Position numbers and translations under genes: made by a program. From NCBI GenBank assembly GCA_963543695.1, contig CAUUCF010000003.1, positions 4,252-68,251 on the forward strand: a DNA stretch of 64,000 nt, read 5' to 3'. The notes beneath the pieces were generated by a model. The model searched no databases. It was given only the letters and a program-made list of their open reading frames with translations, and was not told the origin of the DNA. The DNA is from an uncultured Gammaproteobacteria bacterium. Its GTDB lineage: Bacteria > Pseudomonadota > Gammaproteobacteria > UBA9339. Of the stretch, positions 1 to 10,598 are shown piece by piece (within the stretch, counting starts at the first letter, position 1; every line of letters starts with the position of its first letter).

Positions 1-1350
1 ACTTAATGCTTGTATATAATCTGCATCATAATGCATCGCTTCCTCATCGCCGTTTGACAAAGCTTCCGCTTGCTTTTTAAAACGTTCCGCCTGATCCAAT
101 GGATCGTTTAATTCCGAAAAACCATTAGCTAATTCTTTACCATTCACAAACAATTCAAACCGATCTGTAATCTGAGGATTAAGATCGTTTCTTCTCGCTA
201 ACGGCGAAACTTCTACTGGATATTCGGTAATAAACACCGGATCAATTAATTGTTTTTCTACCGTATTCTCAAAAATTTCAGCTTGAACTTTACCAATACT
301 CCAATTTGGATCAAGCGTTATTTTTTTATCAACGGCGAAATCCCGCAATATTACTATGTTTTCAATATCTGCAGTTTGTAATTCTGGATTATATTTTTTA
401 ATCGCTTCTTTAAGCGTTAATCGTTCAAACGGTTTTGCACAATTAACCGTTTGTCCTTGGCTTTCAAAAACCATTTGCCCAACTACGTTCAACGCCAATT
501 CTTTAAATAATGCTTCTGTCAGATCCATTAAATCATGGTAGTCTGCGTACGCCTGATAAAACTCCACTGTTGTAAATTCTGGATTATGCCTAACCGAAAT
601 ACCTTCGTTACGAAAACAACGGTTTAACTCAAAGACTCGTTCCATTCCACCGACAATTAATCGCTTTAAATATAATTCCGGAGCTACTCTCAAAAATAAA
701 GGTAGATCGAAAGTATTATGATGCGTAATAAAAGGACGCGCCGTAGCTCCACCCGGAATCGCATGCATCATCGGAGTCTCTACTTCTAAAAAATGATGTT
801 TTTTTAAAAAACTACGTACGATATCGATAATCTTACTTCTTTTGAGAAAAATTTCTTTCGTTTCTTCGTTGACAATTAAATCTAAATAACGTTGCCGACA
901 CCTCGCTTCCCAATCCGTTAACCCGTGATACTTTTCTGGTAAAGTTAAAAGAATTTTATTAAGCAATTCGACCTGTTGCGCTCTAACCGTGACTTCTTGC
1001 GTTTTCGTTTTAAAAACCCAACCTACAATACCGACAATATCCCCTAAATCCCATTTAACACATCGGTTAAAGCTCTCTTCTCCTAATTCATCTTTTCGTA
1101 AATAAACTTGTATTTTCCCGGTAACATCCATTAAATTAATAAAAGCGGCTTTACCCATTAATCTTTTAGCAATAACACGCCCTGCAATTTTTACCGTAGC
1201 TTGATTTTTTTCTAAAACCTCATTTTCTAACGGTTTAAACTGTTCTAAAATGGCTTTAGTAAAATGAGATCTCCTAAACTGGTTCGGATAATTAAACCCT
1301 TGTTCCTTTAACTGCTCTAATTTAGCTAATTTTTCTTCGTCTAATTGCAT
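1..1350 (-). CDS. lysS: Lysine--tRNA ligase, class II (N-terminal ~450 codons; 3' end runs off the window)
   Basis: Absent from the ORF track because it is open at the window edge. Hand translation of the minus strand from ATG at 1350-1348 gives [47 protein letters not shown].. (OB-fold anticodon-binding part). It continues ..[26 protein letters not shown].. and ..[34 protein letters not shown].. (class II motifs). Confidence 0.9.
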   Translation of the reverse strand, partial: MQLDEEKLAKLEQLKEQGFNYPNQFRRSHFTKAILEQFKPLENEVLEKNQATVKIAGRVIAKRLMGKAAFINLMDVTGKIQVYLRKDELGEESFNRCVKWDLGDIVGIVGWVFKTKTQEVTVRAQQVELLNKILLTLPEKYHGLTDWEARCRQRYLDLIVNEETKEIFLKRSKIIDIVRSFLKKHHFLEVETPMMHAIPGGATARPFITHHNTFDLPLFLRVAPELYLKRLIVGGMERVFELNRCFRNEGISVRHNPEFTTVEFYQAYADYHDLMDLTEALFKELALNVVGQMVFESQGQTVNCAKPFERLTLKEAIKKYNPELQTADIENIVILRDFAVDKKITLDPNWSIGKVQAEIFENTVEKQLIDPVFITEYPVEVSPLARRNDLNPQITDRFELFVNGKELANGFSELNDPLDQAERFKKQAEALSNGDEEAMHYDADYIQALS

Positions 1351-1665
1351 AAAATCCTCGACATCGAAAGCCTTAGTATAACCAAAAGAGTATTTTGTGC
1401 AAGTAAATTCTCCATTTCGTAATTAATTTAAACTAAATATCTACCTCAACCGTATCCCCTAAACAATATCAAATTACCCCATCTGTAACTAAGTATTAAT
1501 CACTAAATTTAAAATATCGTTAAATCCTTTCGCTAAAGAAGGATAAATTTACACTATATTATTTCTATTTAACTAAAAATTTAGTATATTATTTTCGAAT
1601 TTTGGAATGATCTATTCCAATTAGATTTAAGTACCCAGTAAATATTGATTTTAGGCATACGTAAA

Positions 1666-2697
1666 ATGGGAAAAATTTATTTAGATAGCGCAGCGTTCCG
1701 TAATAATTTAACCTTATTGAGAAATAAAATTGATCCAGAAATTGCTCTGGTCTTAAAAGATAACGCTTACGGACATGGTTTATTAGAAATTGCTCAATTA
1801 GCTGCAGCAAATCAAGTAAAAAGCGTCTTCGTTAAAAATTGGGGAGAAGCTCAAAAAATTTTAGCTTTTTTCCCCAAAATTACGGTTCTTTATCCTGAAT
1901 TCGGTAGTTTACCTGATTTAATTCCTGATAATATCCTTTTAACGGTTAATCATTTGAGCCAACTTGAGCACCTTCCACCTGGTACTCAAATAGAATTAAA
2001 AGTTAATACTAATACGAATCGTAACGGCCTTTTAATCGAAGAAGTACCCGCAATTTTTACCCGAGTGCAACAAAAAAAAATCTTAATCAAAGGGGTATTT
2101 ACCCATAATGGCTACGGCAGTTGTGGTTCCAGTTCTTTTACTCAAGGAGTAGAGATGTTTAAAACCGTCAAAAAATTAACCGGCCAATTATGTCAAAAAA
2201 ATAATTTACCGTTGCCACGTTTTCATAGTCTATGTTCTAGTGGTGCTCTAAGAATACCCCACCATGACGATTCTTTGGTAAGGGTAGGATTAGCTATTTA
2301 CGGTTACCTAGAAAATCTCCTCAAGTATGACGATCCTTGGATTAAAGCACTCACTCCAGTAGCTTCCGTATGGGCTAACCGTATTGCCTGTAAGAAACTA
2401 AATCAAGGAGCTTTAATAGGTTATGACGGTTTTACTAAATTAAACAAGAGTGGTTACGTTAGTACTTACGATCTAGGCTACGGTGATGGTTTCCCTTTTT
2501 TAACTACAGAATCATTTACTTTACCTTGTGGTTTAAAGATTTTTCCGAAAATATCGATGGATTGTTTCAGTACTTGGGGGAAAAAAGAGCAGCTTTGCGT
2601 TTGGAATAACGCTCAATACGTAGCGAAAGTTTTCCACTGCAGTGTTTACGAAATTTTAGTACGATTAAATCCTTTTATCCCTAGAAAAATTATTTAA
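1666..2697 (+). CDS. alr: Alanine racemase
   Basis: ORF 1645..2697. PLP-lysine motif VLKDNAYGHG lies near the N-terminus and the length is ~343 aa. The first ATG (1666) is preferred over the TTG at 1645. Confidence 0.8.
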   Translation: MGKIYLDSAAFRNNLTLLRNKIDPEIALVLKDNAYGHGLLEIAQLAAANQVKSVFVKNWGEAQKILAFFPKITVLYPEFGSLPDLIPDNILLTVNHLSQLEHLPPGTQIELKVNTNTNRNGLLIEEVPAIFTRVQQKKILIKGVFTHNGYGSCGSSSFTQGVEMFKTVKKLTGQLCQKNNLPLPRFHSLCSSGALRIPHHDDSLVRVGLAIYGYLENLLKYDDPWIKALTPVASVWANRIACKKLNQGALIGYDGFTKLNKSGYVSTYDLGYGDGFPFLTTESFTLPCGLKIFPKISMDCFSTWGKKEQLCVWNNAQYVAKVFHCSVYEILVRLNPFIPRKII

Positions 2698-2701
2698 AAA
2701 C

Positions 2702-5494
2702 ATGGCCCCAAATATCATTCTTCGCGGTGTTAAAACCCATAATTTAAAAAATTTTGATTTAACGTTACCGTATAACCGGCTCATCGTCATTACCGGAGTT
2801 TCTGGTTCCGGTAAATCCTCTTTAGCTTTTGATACCATATACGCCGAAGGACAAAGACGTTACGTTGAATCTTTATCTTCTTACGCTCGACAATTCTTAT
2901 CGGTAATGGAAAAACCGGACGTAGAAAAAATCGACGGTTTATCTCCCACGATCGCTATCGACCAAAAAACCGTTTCCCATAATCCACGTTCCACCGTCGG
3001 AACCGTAACCGAAATTTACGATTACCTCCGCTTATTATTCGCTAAAATTGGAGAATCTCGTTGCCCAGAACATCAAATTCCACTGCAAGGTAAAACTACC
3101 ACTCAAATTATCGATACTTTATCTACCTTTAAAGGACAAAAGATAACGATTTTATCTCCCGTTTTAAACGGAAAAAAAGGCGAAGCAAGAAAATTGCTCG
3201 ATGATCTCCTTAACCAAGGTTTTATTAAAGTAAGGATTGATCAAAATTTCTATCTCATCGACGAAGTAAATTTAAACGCCCAAAAAAGTCATCATATCGA
3301 GGTAGAAATCGATCGACTAACGGTTAAACCTGACAACCGCGAACGAATCGCCGCGTCAGTAGAATTAGCACTGAAATTATCAAACGGTAAAATAAGAATT
3401 ATCAGTGATCAACAAGAGTATTTTTTCTCTACTCAATTTGCTTGCCCAGTTTGTAATTACAGTTTAGCCGATATGGAACCTAGGTTATTTTCTTTTAATA
3501 ACCCTTCTGGAGCTTGTCCGCATTGCAACGGTTTGGGACACGAAGGATTATTTAAACCGGACCATATTTTAACCGACGAAAATTGGTCTATCAGTGAAGG
3601 AGCTATCGGTGGTTGGGGCAGTAATCACCAGTATTTTTTCTCTTTTATGCAAGGTTTAGCTCAACATTATCATTTTAGCTTAGATAAACCGTATCGTACT
3701 TTAAGCGAAAAAATCAAAAGAATTATCTGGTATGGTTCTGGAACCGAAAAAATCGCTTCTTCTTATTATTTTGGCAACAAATTAATCCAGAAATCAGCGG
3801 TTTTTGAAGGAGTTTTATCTCTCCTTACAAAACGTTATTTTAGTAATAACCTAACTGAACGGCAACAAGAAGAGCTAAGTGCCCTTTTAAGTTACGAACC
3901 CTGTTCAGCTTGCCAGGGATCTCGTCTACGTAAAGAGGCTAACGCCGTTTTTATTAACGATCAAAACATCGGTGCTTTAACTAAATTAAATATCGTACAA
4001 TTACAAAATTTCTTAACTCACTTAACTTTAGATCCCCATAAAAGCCAAATTGGCACCCCTATTATTAAAGAAATCCATAATCGTTTAAGTTTTTTAATCA
4101 ACGTCGGTTTAGACTATATTAGCCTTAATAGAGAAGCTAACACCCTTTCTGGCGGTGAAGGACAAAGGATTCGCTTGGCTTCACAATTAGGTTCTGGTTT
4201 AGTAGGCATTACCTACGTACTAGATGAGCCTACTGTCGGGCTACATCCTAGAGATACTCAACGTTTAATTAAAACGTTGCAAAATTTAAGAGATTTAGGC
4301 AATACGGTAATCGTTGTAGAACACGATGCGGAAATGATTAAAAATGCCGATATAGTAGTCGATATTGGTCCATTAGCCGGTAGGGAAGGGGGCCAACTTT
4401 GCTTTTGCGACGTTCCCCAAAAACTAAAAACGGCGACTAACTCGCTCACGGGTAAATACTTATTTCAACAATTACCCACCCTTCAAAACCAGTTTACCTC
4501 CCCTGCAAAAAAAGAATGGCTGTCCATTTATGGAGCTAGTCAACATAATTTAAAAAATTTAACGGTACATTTTCCGTTAGGACACCTGATTTGTGTAACC
4601 GGAGTTTCCGGATCAGGTAAATCTAGCTTAGTCAAAGACCTATTATGGCCATTGGTAGCAAGAAAATTAAACCGAGCACTGATTAAAATTCCTCAACAAG
4701 TTGATTGTATTGAAGGCTTAAATTTACTAGATAAAGCAATTTTAGTAACTCAAGAACCTATCGGTAGAACTCCACACTCTAATCCTGCTACTTATACCGG
4801 TATTTTTAGCGAAATACGAGAATTATTTGCCAAAACTACAACCGCTAAAATCAGAGGTTATCAAGCGGGGAGGTTTAGTTTCAATTTATCAGGAGGACGC
4901 TGTGAAAACTGCCAAGGAGACGGAGTTATTCAAGTAAAAATGCATTTTTTATCTGATCTCTACGTAACTTGCGAAACTTGTCAAGGGAAAAGGTATAATA
5001 AAGAAACTTTAGAAGTCTTATACAAAAATAAAAGTATCGCTGACGTTTTAGCAATGAGCATTAACGAAGCTATACATTTTTTTCAAAATATCCCTTCCCT
5101 TACTAACAAATTAAAAATTCTACAAGAAGTAGGTTTAGGATATTTACAATTAGGCCAAAGCGCAACTACCTTATCTGGCGGAGAAGCCCAGCGGATTAAA
5201 TTAGCGAAAGAACTATTGAAAAAATCTACCGGTAAAACTTTATATTTATTAGATGAACCTACTACTGGGTTACATTTTCACGATGTTAATCAATTATTAA
5301 AAATTTTATTGCGCCTACGTGATCAACATAATACTTTAATCATTATCGAACATAATCTTGAAATAATTAAAAACGCCGATTGGATTATTGATTTAGGACC
5401 AGAAGGAGGAGATCAAGGCGGTGAATTAATAGCAGCAGGACCCCTTGCCACCGTTAAACAAAACGAACGTTCCTACCTTGCGAAATTTTTATAG
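2702..5494 (+). CDS. uvrA: Excinuclease ABC subunit A
   Basis: 930 aa. Duplicated ABC ATPase modules (GVSGSGKSS twice, LSGGE twice). Zinc-finger cysteine pairs (CPVCNYS..CPHCNG; CENCQGDG..CETCQG). Confidence 0.95.
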   Translation: MAPNIILRGVKTHNLKNFDLTLPYNRLIVITGVSGSGKSSLAFDTIYAEGQRRYVESLSSYARQFLSVMEKPDVEKIDGLSPTIAIDQKTVSHNPRSTVGTVTEIYDYLRLLFAKIGESRCPEHQIPLQGKTTTQIIDTLSTFKGQKITILSPVLNGKKGEARKLLDDLLNQGFIKVRIDQNFYLIDEVNLNAQKSHHIEVEIDRLTVKPDNRERIAASVELALKLSNGKIRIISDQQEYFFSTQFACPVCNYSLADMEPRLFSFNNPSGACPHCNGLGHEGLFKPDHILTDENWSISEGAIGGWGSNHQYFFSFMQGLAQHYHFSLDKPYRTLSEKIKRIIWYGSGTEKIASSYYFGNKLIQKSAVFEGVLSLLTKRYFSNNLTERQQEELSALLSYEPCSACQGSRLRKEANAVFINDQNIGALTKLNIVQLQNFLTHLTLDPHKSQIGTPIIKEIHNRLSFLINVGLDYISLNREANTLSGGEGQRIRLASQLGSGLVGITYVLDEPTVGLHPRDTQRLIKTLQNLRDLGNTVIVVEHDAEMIKNADIVVDIGPLAGREGGQLCFCDVPQKLKTATNSLTGKYLFQQLPTLQNQFTSPAKKEWLSIYGASQHNLKNLTVHFPLGHLICVTGVSGSGKSSLVKDLLWPLVARKLNRALIKIPQQVDCIEGLNLLDKAILVTQEPIGRTPHSNPATYTGIFSEIRELFAKTTTAKIRGYQAGRFSFNLSGGRCENCQGDGVIQVKMHFLSDLYVTCETCQGKRYNKETLEVLYKNKSIADVLAMSINEAIHFFQNIPSLTNKLKILQEVGLGYLQLGQSATTLSGGEAQRIKLAKELLKKSTGKTLYLLDEPTTGLHFHDVNQLLKILLRLRDQHNTLIIIEHNLEIIKNADWIIDLGPEGGDQGGELIAAGPLATVKQNERSYLAKFL

Positions 5495-5563
5495 CCCCCC
5501 TTACGTTCTTACAAAATAACGAAAATCAACTTCACCTCTTTTGCATTAGGCAAAATAAGTGCT

Positions 5564-6223
5564 TTAATTTAAGTACCAACGAATACCCCCTAACATACCA
5601 GTACAACCTACTCTACCATATTTAGGAAATAGATGAAAACAACTACAACGGTGGTAATACCTAAATAATAATTCTAATTTAGGGTATTTAGGTAACGCAA
5701 AACTTAAATCGATGACTAAATAATTTAATAATTTATTATATTCGCTATTTGGTTTTTCCAAATCGTCTTTATCGGTAGACATTAAATGAAAATCGTACGA
5801 TAAACCTTCTCCGATCCCTACTGTCGTTACTAAATATTTACGCCAAGGGAAACGATCAAATTTAGCAATAATATATAAGTTCAATTCACTAGTTCGTTCC
5901 CTAAACCTCCAACTATTCCGAAAAGTATAGTTACTCGCTAATTGCATCGAATTAAAAACCGGACTCAACAACCGAGTTAAAATATGGTCTTCGGCAAAAG
6001 TATAAGCTAGTTCTCCGGTATATACGACTTCTCCTCCATCCGTCCAATGTAAATTAATGACCGTACGGTGCCAACTCTCTAACCCCGTTACTCCACTACC
6101 TAACATTACAGAAAATTTGCCTAAGCGTTGCTGATAAGGATCTAAATCAGCAGCAAAAGTAAAGGACGTAATCAATACCCCCCACAAGAACAATAAATAA
6201 TAAAAACGTTTAACCCCGTTCAT
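5564..6223 (-). CDS. Secreted/outer-membrane protein, possibly of the PagL/acyloxyacyl-hydrolase-like beta-barrel type (function uncertain)
   Basis: 219 aa. N-terminal signal peptide (LLFLWGVLITSFTFA-AD). Alternating beta-strand-like pattern and aromatic C-terminal end (GGIRWYLN). The tail YYHRCSC..G..GGIRWY only loosely resembles the PagL H-x-S..G..Y-x-F tail. Overlaps the tsaC stop by 4 nt. Confidence 0.45.
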   Translation of the reverse strand: MNGVKRFYYLLFLWGVLITSFTFAADLDPYQQRLGKFSVMLGSGVTGLESWHRTVINLHWTDGGEVVYTGELAYTFAEDHILTRLLSPVFNSMQLASNYTFRNSWRFRERTSELNLYIIAKFDRFPWRKYLVTTVGIGEGLSYDFHLMSTDKDDLEKPNSEYNKLLNYLVIDLSFALPKYPKLELLFRYYHRCSCFHLFPKYGRVGCTGMLGGIRWYLN

Positions 6224-6771
6224 CTCCTCACGACCTCTTTTGTTAAAAAATCCCTAATAACTGATGGTTTACCAATACCACCCGTTTTTCCTAACCAACA
6301 CCCGTCTATTTGCGCTAAAAGCTGACGATCTAATCTTTGAAACTCCGTAACTGGCTCACCGCCGGCCAAATTAGCACTCGTCGATACTAACGCTTGGTCC
6401 CAATAAGGTTGAATTAATTGCATAAAAGGATGTTGACACCAACGAATCGCGACCTGATCGTGCTCCCCTTTAATCCAAACTGGTACTTTTGCAGTAGCGG
6501 GTAATAACCAAGTTGTCGTTGGATAAACCGTTAAACTGGGAAAAATCTCCTTTAACGATAAATTCACTAAATTTTGAGCTATTTGCCAATTAGCGACAAT
6601 TAAAATTAATCCTTTATTCAAAGGACGATGTTTAATTTGACATAAACGTTTCACTGCTTCTAAATTAAACGGATCGCAACCTAATCCCCAAACTCCTTCC
6701 GTCGGATATAATAAGATTTTCCCGGCAGCTAAAAATTGACCTACTTCTTGATTAGCAATAATTTTTAACAT
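6220..6771 (-). CDS. tsaC: L-threonylcarbamoyladenylate synthase (YrdC/TsaC type)
   Basis: 183 aa. YrdC-domain motifs LLYPTEGVWGLGCDP, IKHRPLNKGLILI and STSANLAGG. Confidence 0.8.
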   Translation of the reverse strand: MLKIIANQEVGQFLAAGKILLYPTEGVWGLGCDPFNLEAVKRLCQIKHRPLNKGLILIVANWQIAQNLVNLSLKEIFPSLTVYPTTTWLLPATAKVPVWIKGEHDQVAIRWCQHPFMQLIQPYWDQALVSTSANLAGGEPVTEFQRLDRQLLAQIDGCWLGKTGGIGKPSVIRDFLTKEVVRR

Positions 6772-6776
6772 GTTTG

Positions 6777-8090
6777 TTATTTACCGATACAAAATTTAGA
6801 GAAAATTTGGTCTAATAAATCATCTACCACTACTTCCCCAGTAATGGTCATTAACTCTCGGTGAGCCATAAATAATTCATGTGCTAAAACGTCTAGCGGT
6901 AACGTTCCTTGTTCGTCTAAGTGAACTAAAATTTTCTGCGCAGCGGTTAAAGCTTGAACGTGCCTTTGCCTCGCTCCACAAACGTCCGTAAAACTATTGG
7001 TTTTTCTTAAAACCTTTAATAACAAGTCTAAACCTAATCCTTCTTTAACCGATAAATAAATCTTAGTAGTTTGATCTTCTTCCACCAATTGAGGTTTAAT
7101 TTTTAATATATCGATCTTATTAAAAATCAAAATCCGCTTGGCTGTTTCCGGAAACTCCGGCCAATTAACCATCGGGCGACTAACGTCTTGAAGATACAAA
7201 ATAACATCCGCCGTATTGAAAGCCGCTTTCGCTCGTCGAATCCCTTCTTGCTCTACGTGATCACTAGCAACTCTTAATCCCGCCGTGTCAGTTAAATGAA
7301 CTAATAAACCTTCTAAATAAATAGTTTCTCTCAATAAATCACGGGTAGTTCCTGGTTGATTCGTTACGATTGCCCGATTTTCACCACATAAATAATTAAA
7401 TAAACTCGATTTACCTACGTTTGGTTCCCCAGCAATAATGACGTTTAACCCGGCTTGATTTAAAACTCCTTGTTTCGCTAAACCAATAATTTTTGTTAAT
7501 TGTAAAGCTAACTGTTTACATTTTTGTTGCACGTCTATTTGCAAATGCTGGATTTCCTCTTCTTCAGAAAAATCTAAACTCGCTTCTAACAAACTTCTAA
7601 TTTGTAAAAAATCTTGCGATAAAACGTTAATTACTTTTGAAAACTCCCCACGTAACGAACGTAAAGCTCCTTTAACCGCATATACATTTTCAGCATGAAT
7701 TAAATCTGCTACCGCTTCAGCTTGAACTAGATCTAATTTACCGTTTAAAAATGCTCGTTTAGAAAATTCACCCGGTTCTGCTAACCGAACCCCACCCCAG
7801 GCTAACAAAGCCGATAAGATACTTTCAATCACTACTAATCCGCCATGCCCTTGCAATTCTAAGACATGTTCTCCCGTAAAGGAATGAGGCGCAGCAAAAT
7901 ATAAAGCTACTCCACAATCTAAAACTTGATGATTACGGTCATAAAAATTACCAACGTAAGCTACTCCCGGTGCTAAAGTTTTACCTAATACTTGTTCCAT
8001 TAAAGTTAAAACTCTATCTCCGGAAATTCTAACTATTCCAATTCCTCCTATTCCAGGTGGAGTCGCTCGCGCAATAATCGTTTCATTCAT
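6777..8090 (-). CDS. mnmE: tRNA modification GTPase MnmE
   Basis: G-domain motifs GEPNVGKSS, DTAG and NKID, with the C-terminal CIGK motif. The internal ATG at 8090 (MNETIIARATPPG..) is preferred. It shares one base with the yidC stop (TAATG). The ORF-track start at 8159 lies inside yidC. Confidence 0.9.
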   Translation of the reverse strand: MNETIIARATPPGIGGIGIVRISGDRVLTLMEQVLGKTLAPGVAYVGNFYDRNHQVLDCGVALYFAAPHSFTGEHVLELQGHGGLVVIESILSALLAWGGVRLAEPGEFSKRAFLNGKLDLVQAEAVADLIHAENVYAVKGALRSLRGEFSKVINVLSQDFLQIRSLLEASLDFSEEEEIQHLQIDVQQKCKQLALQLTKIIGLAKQGVLNQAGLNVIIAGEPNVGKSSLFNYLCGENRAIVTNQPGTTRDLLRETIYLEGLLVHLTDTAGLRVASDHVEQEGIRRAKAAFNTADVILYLQDVSRPMVNWPEFPETAKRILIFNKIDILKIKPQLVEEDQTTKIYLSVKEGLGLDLLLKVLRKTNSFTDVCGARQRHVQALTAAQKILVHLDEQGTLPLDVLAHELFMAHRELMTITGEVVVDDLLDQIFSKFCIGK

Positions 8091-9757
8091 TATCTTTGTT
8101 TCAATCTTTTTTCCAACTCTAAACGTTTTTCTTGTTCGATTTTGCGATTGATATACCACTGCTGTAAAATCGATAATAAATTATTCACTACCCAATACAA
8201 AACTAACCCCGCCGGAAATTTCAAAAACAACAGCGTAAAAAAAATCGGCATAAACATCATCATTTTCGCTTGGGCAGGATCGGAAGCGGTCGGAGAAAGC
8301 TTTTGTTGCAAAAACATAGTCGCTCCCATCATAATCGGTAAAACATAATAAGGATCTTGCACCGATAAATCTTTAATCCATAATAAAAACGGAGCTTGTC
8401 TTAATTCTACAGCTCCAATTAAAACGTAATAAAGAGCGATGAAGAAAGGAATTTGAATTAACATCGGAATACAACCACCGAAATTTAACGGATTCATCCC
8501 CTCTTTCTTATACAATTCCATCATTTCCTGTTGTAATTTTAATTTATCGTCCCCAAATTTAGCTTTCAGTTCTTCAATTTTAGGCATTAATTCTTTCATT
8601 TTTGCCATTGAACGACAACTACTTTCCGATAATTTATAAAACACTAATTTAATTAAAACCGTAACTAAAATGATCGCTAATCCCCAATTCTTTACTAAAG
8701 AATAGCAAATCGTTAATAATTTGAAAAAACCAATCGCAATAATCCATAACCAACCGTAGTCGGCTGTTCTCTCTAAACCGTTAGCTAGAGAAGCTAAATT
8801 TTTCGTTAATTCTGGACCAGTATAGAAAGTTAACGTATTTTGATATTGCTTACCCGGCGCTAAGGTAATTAAATTACTATGCAACCCAATGGTATATGTT
8901 TGCCCTTTCGCTAACCCGAAATAATGATAATCTTCTTGCTTTTCAGGGATCCAAACGTTAATAAAATAACGCTGCTGCATCGCTAACCATCCTCCCTGAA
9001 TCTCACGCAATTCACCCCCATTTTTACTAATTTTCTCTATCTGGCTAAACGAAATTTTTTCGTAAGGTTTCTCACTACTAGAAATAGCCGCTCCCGTATA
9101 AGTATTAAAGCTAAACATCCCTTTCGATACTTTAGGAGCTACTTTTTCAATTTCAGCATAAAATTTACCATGCCAATCTACTTCCGTATCGTTAATCACT
9201 TGATCCGTAATAGAAAATTGGTATTGACCTTTTTGAAAAAGAAAAGTTCTGATAAATTGTACTCCAGCAGCTGACCTTCCTTTTAAAATAACGCTTAATT
9301 GATCCTCTTTTAATTCGTATACCGTTTGATCCGTAACGTAATCAATCACTTCGTAGATAGCTTTTTGATTATTTTTTTGTTGGATATTTAAAATACCACT
9401 CCGAGCTAAATACCGCTCGTTAGGTTGTTGATTTAATAATTTTACCGGCGTTTGGTCTTGTAAGCTAACCGTATAGTCTTTCAAAACGGACTCCACGATT
9501 GCTCCACCGTGTAAATCGATTTTTAATTCTAATAAGTCCGTTTTTACGGTAATCCATTTTGAACCCACCTCTACTAATTTCGGTAAATCCCCGAATTTTT
9601 CCGTTAAAGAAGTGGCACTTTCCGCATCCATCGTCACTACGTCTACGTTTTTAACGTTAGGCTGGGGTTGACGACCATGTTCTTGCTGCCACGTCAACCA
9701 CAATGAACACAATAACATTCCTAATAACAAATAAAGCCAAAATTTTTTATCTTTCAT
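8090..9757 (-). CDS. yidC: Membrane protein insertase YidC
   Basis: 555 aa. N-terminal TM, large periplasmic domain, then the conserved insertase core (MKELMPKIEELKAKFGDDK..MELYKKEGMNPL..CIPMLIQIPFFIALY). Canonical position upstream of mnmE. Confidence 0.92.
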   Translation of the reverse strand: MKDKKFWLYLLLGMLLCSLWLTWQQEHGRQPQPNVKNVDVVTMDAESATSLTEKFGDLPKLVEVGSKWITVKTDLLELKIDLHGGAIVESVLKDYTVSLQDQTPVKLLNQQPNERYLARSGILNIQQKNNQKAIYEVIDYVTDQTVYELKEDQLSVILKGRSAAGVQFIRTFLFQKGQYQFSITDQVINDTEVDWHGKFYAEIEKVAPKVSKGMFSFNTYTGAAISSSEKPYEKISFSQIEKISKNGGELREIQGGWLAMQQRYFINVWIPEKQEDYHYFGLAKGQTYTIGLHSNLITLAPGKQYQNTLTFYTGPELTKNLASLANGLERTADYGWLWIIAIGFFKLLTICYSLVKNWGLAIILVTVLIKLVFYKLSESSCRSMAKMKELMPKIEELKAKFGDDKLKLQQEMMELYKKEGMNPLNFGGCIPMLIQIPFFIALYYVLIGAVELRQAPFLLWIKDLSVQDPYYVLPIMMGATMFLQQKLSPTASDPAQAKMMMFMPIFFTLLFLKFPAGLVLYWVVNNLLSILQQWYINRKIEQEKRLELEKRLKQR

Positions 9758-9989
9758 CTCTTCGTTTTACCTCTTCCATTTCTGGCACCATATCAAACCA
9801 ATCCCCTTTATAGCCAGGATGGCACTTACATAATCGTTTCAATGTTAATATTAATCCCTTTATTATCCCAAAACGTTCAATCGCTAAAATACAGTATTGC
9901 GAACAGGTCGGAATAAATCGACATTGCCCTTTAAAAAAAGGACTAATTTGCTGATATTGTTTAATTAACCGTATTAACCAATAACGCAT
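9747..9989 (-). CDS. yidD: Membrane protein insertion efficiency factor YidD
   Basis: Hallmark CRFIPTCSQY..AIERFG..G..L..KRLCKCHP. ATG at 9989 ([10 protein letters not shown]..) gives ~80 aa. The longer ORF-track start lies inside rnpA. Confidence 0.8.
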   Translation of the reverse strand: MRYWLIRLIKQYQQISPFFKGQCRFIPTCSQYCILAIERFGIIKGLILTLKRLCKCHPGYKGDWFDMVPEMEEVKRRDER

Positions 9990-10308
9990 AATCGTTCCAT
10001 AGTTGTCTAAAAATTGCGGCCCACTCGTTTTTTTGCGTAACGACAAAAGAATGTTGTATTCTAATTAAGATATCTATCTCCAGTTGTTTGATTTCGTGCT
10101 CTCGAAAAGTATCCCTAATCAAACGCTTTAAACAATTACGATCAACTGCTAATTTGACCAATTTTTTAGGTATATACCACCCAACTCTCCCGTGTCCTAA
10201 AGCATTAACCCGCCAAAAACTCTTTATATAAAGATCGTTGACCGCTAATACCCCTCGGAAACTTCTATGCGCTAACAAACGGTGCTGACGCGTAAAAGTA
10301 TTACGCAC
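9961..10308 (-). CDS. rnpA: Ribonuclease P protein component
   Basis: 115 aa, basic. The conserved block is [19 protein letters not shown] (the RNR-type motif of RnpA). GTG start at 10308-10306. Canonical position between rpmH and yidD. Confidence 0.8.
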   Translation of the reverse strand: MRNTFTRQHRLLAHRSFRGVLAVNDLYIKSFWRVNALGHGRVGWYIPKKLVKLAVDRNCLKRLIRDTFREHEIKQLEIDILIRIQHSFVVTQKNEWAAIFRQLWNDYALLVNTVN

Positions 10309-10435
10309 TTAATCGTTTACGCCCTTTTGCTCGACGACGTTTTAAAACTAAACGTCCATCTTTAGTGGCCATTCTGGCTCTAAAACCGTGCACACGGGCT
10401 CTTTTTATTAAGCTTGGTTGAAATGTTCTTTTCAT
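10301..10435 (-). CDS. rpmH: 50S ribosomal protein L34
   Basis: Too short for the ORF track and found by hand. ATG at 10435 gives [44 protein letters not shown] (44 aa). The stop overlaps the rnpA GTG start. Confidence 0.9.
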   Translation of the reverse strand: MKRTFQPSLIKRARVHGFRARMATKDGRLVLKRRRAKGRKRLSA

Positions 10436-10462
10436 ATCAAAATATCCTATTAGTCTGAAAGC

Positions 10463-10491
10463 AAATTAACATGCACTTCCCAACTTGTCAA
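10463..10491 (-). promoter_or_regulatory. Candidate sigma70 promoter for rpmH-rnpA
   Basis: On the minus strand: TTGACA (10491-10486), 17-nt spacer, TAATTT (10468-10463). It lies ~28 nt upstream of the rpmH ATG. Confidence 0.35.
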
Positions 10492-10598
10492 CTGATGACG
10501 CCGGCATTATTAATATTGTATTAAAAAATCGATGATTTTACCCAACCTAAATAAATCATGGTCTCCATCTAAACCATGAATATTCAAACCCCTTTCGC

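Noticed and set aside
10510-10530. TTAATATT-gt-aTTAAAAAA (TTAA-N7-TTAA), a PmrA-like box upstream of rpmH.
   Set aside because: It lies upstream of the -35 of a ribosomal-protein promoter, where an AT-rich UP element is expected, and the second half-site is poor. It serves as a warning about the false-positive rate for the box at 52051.
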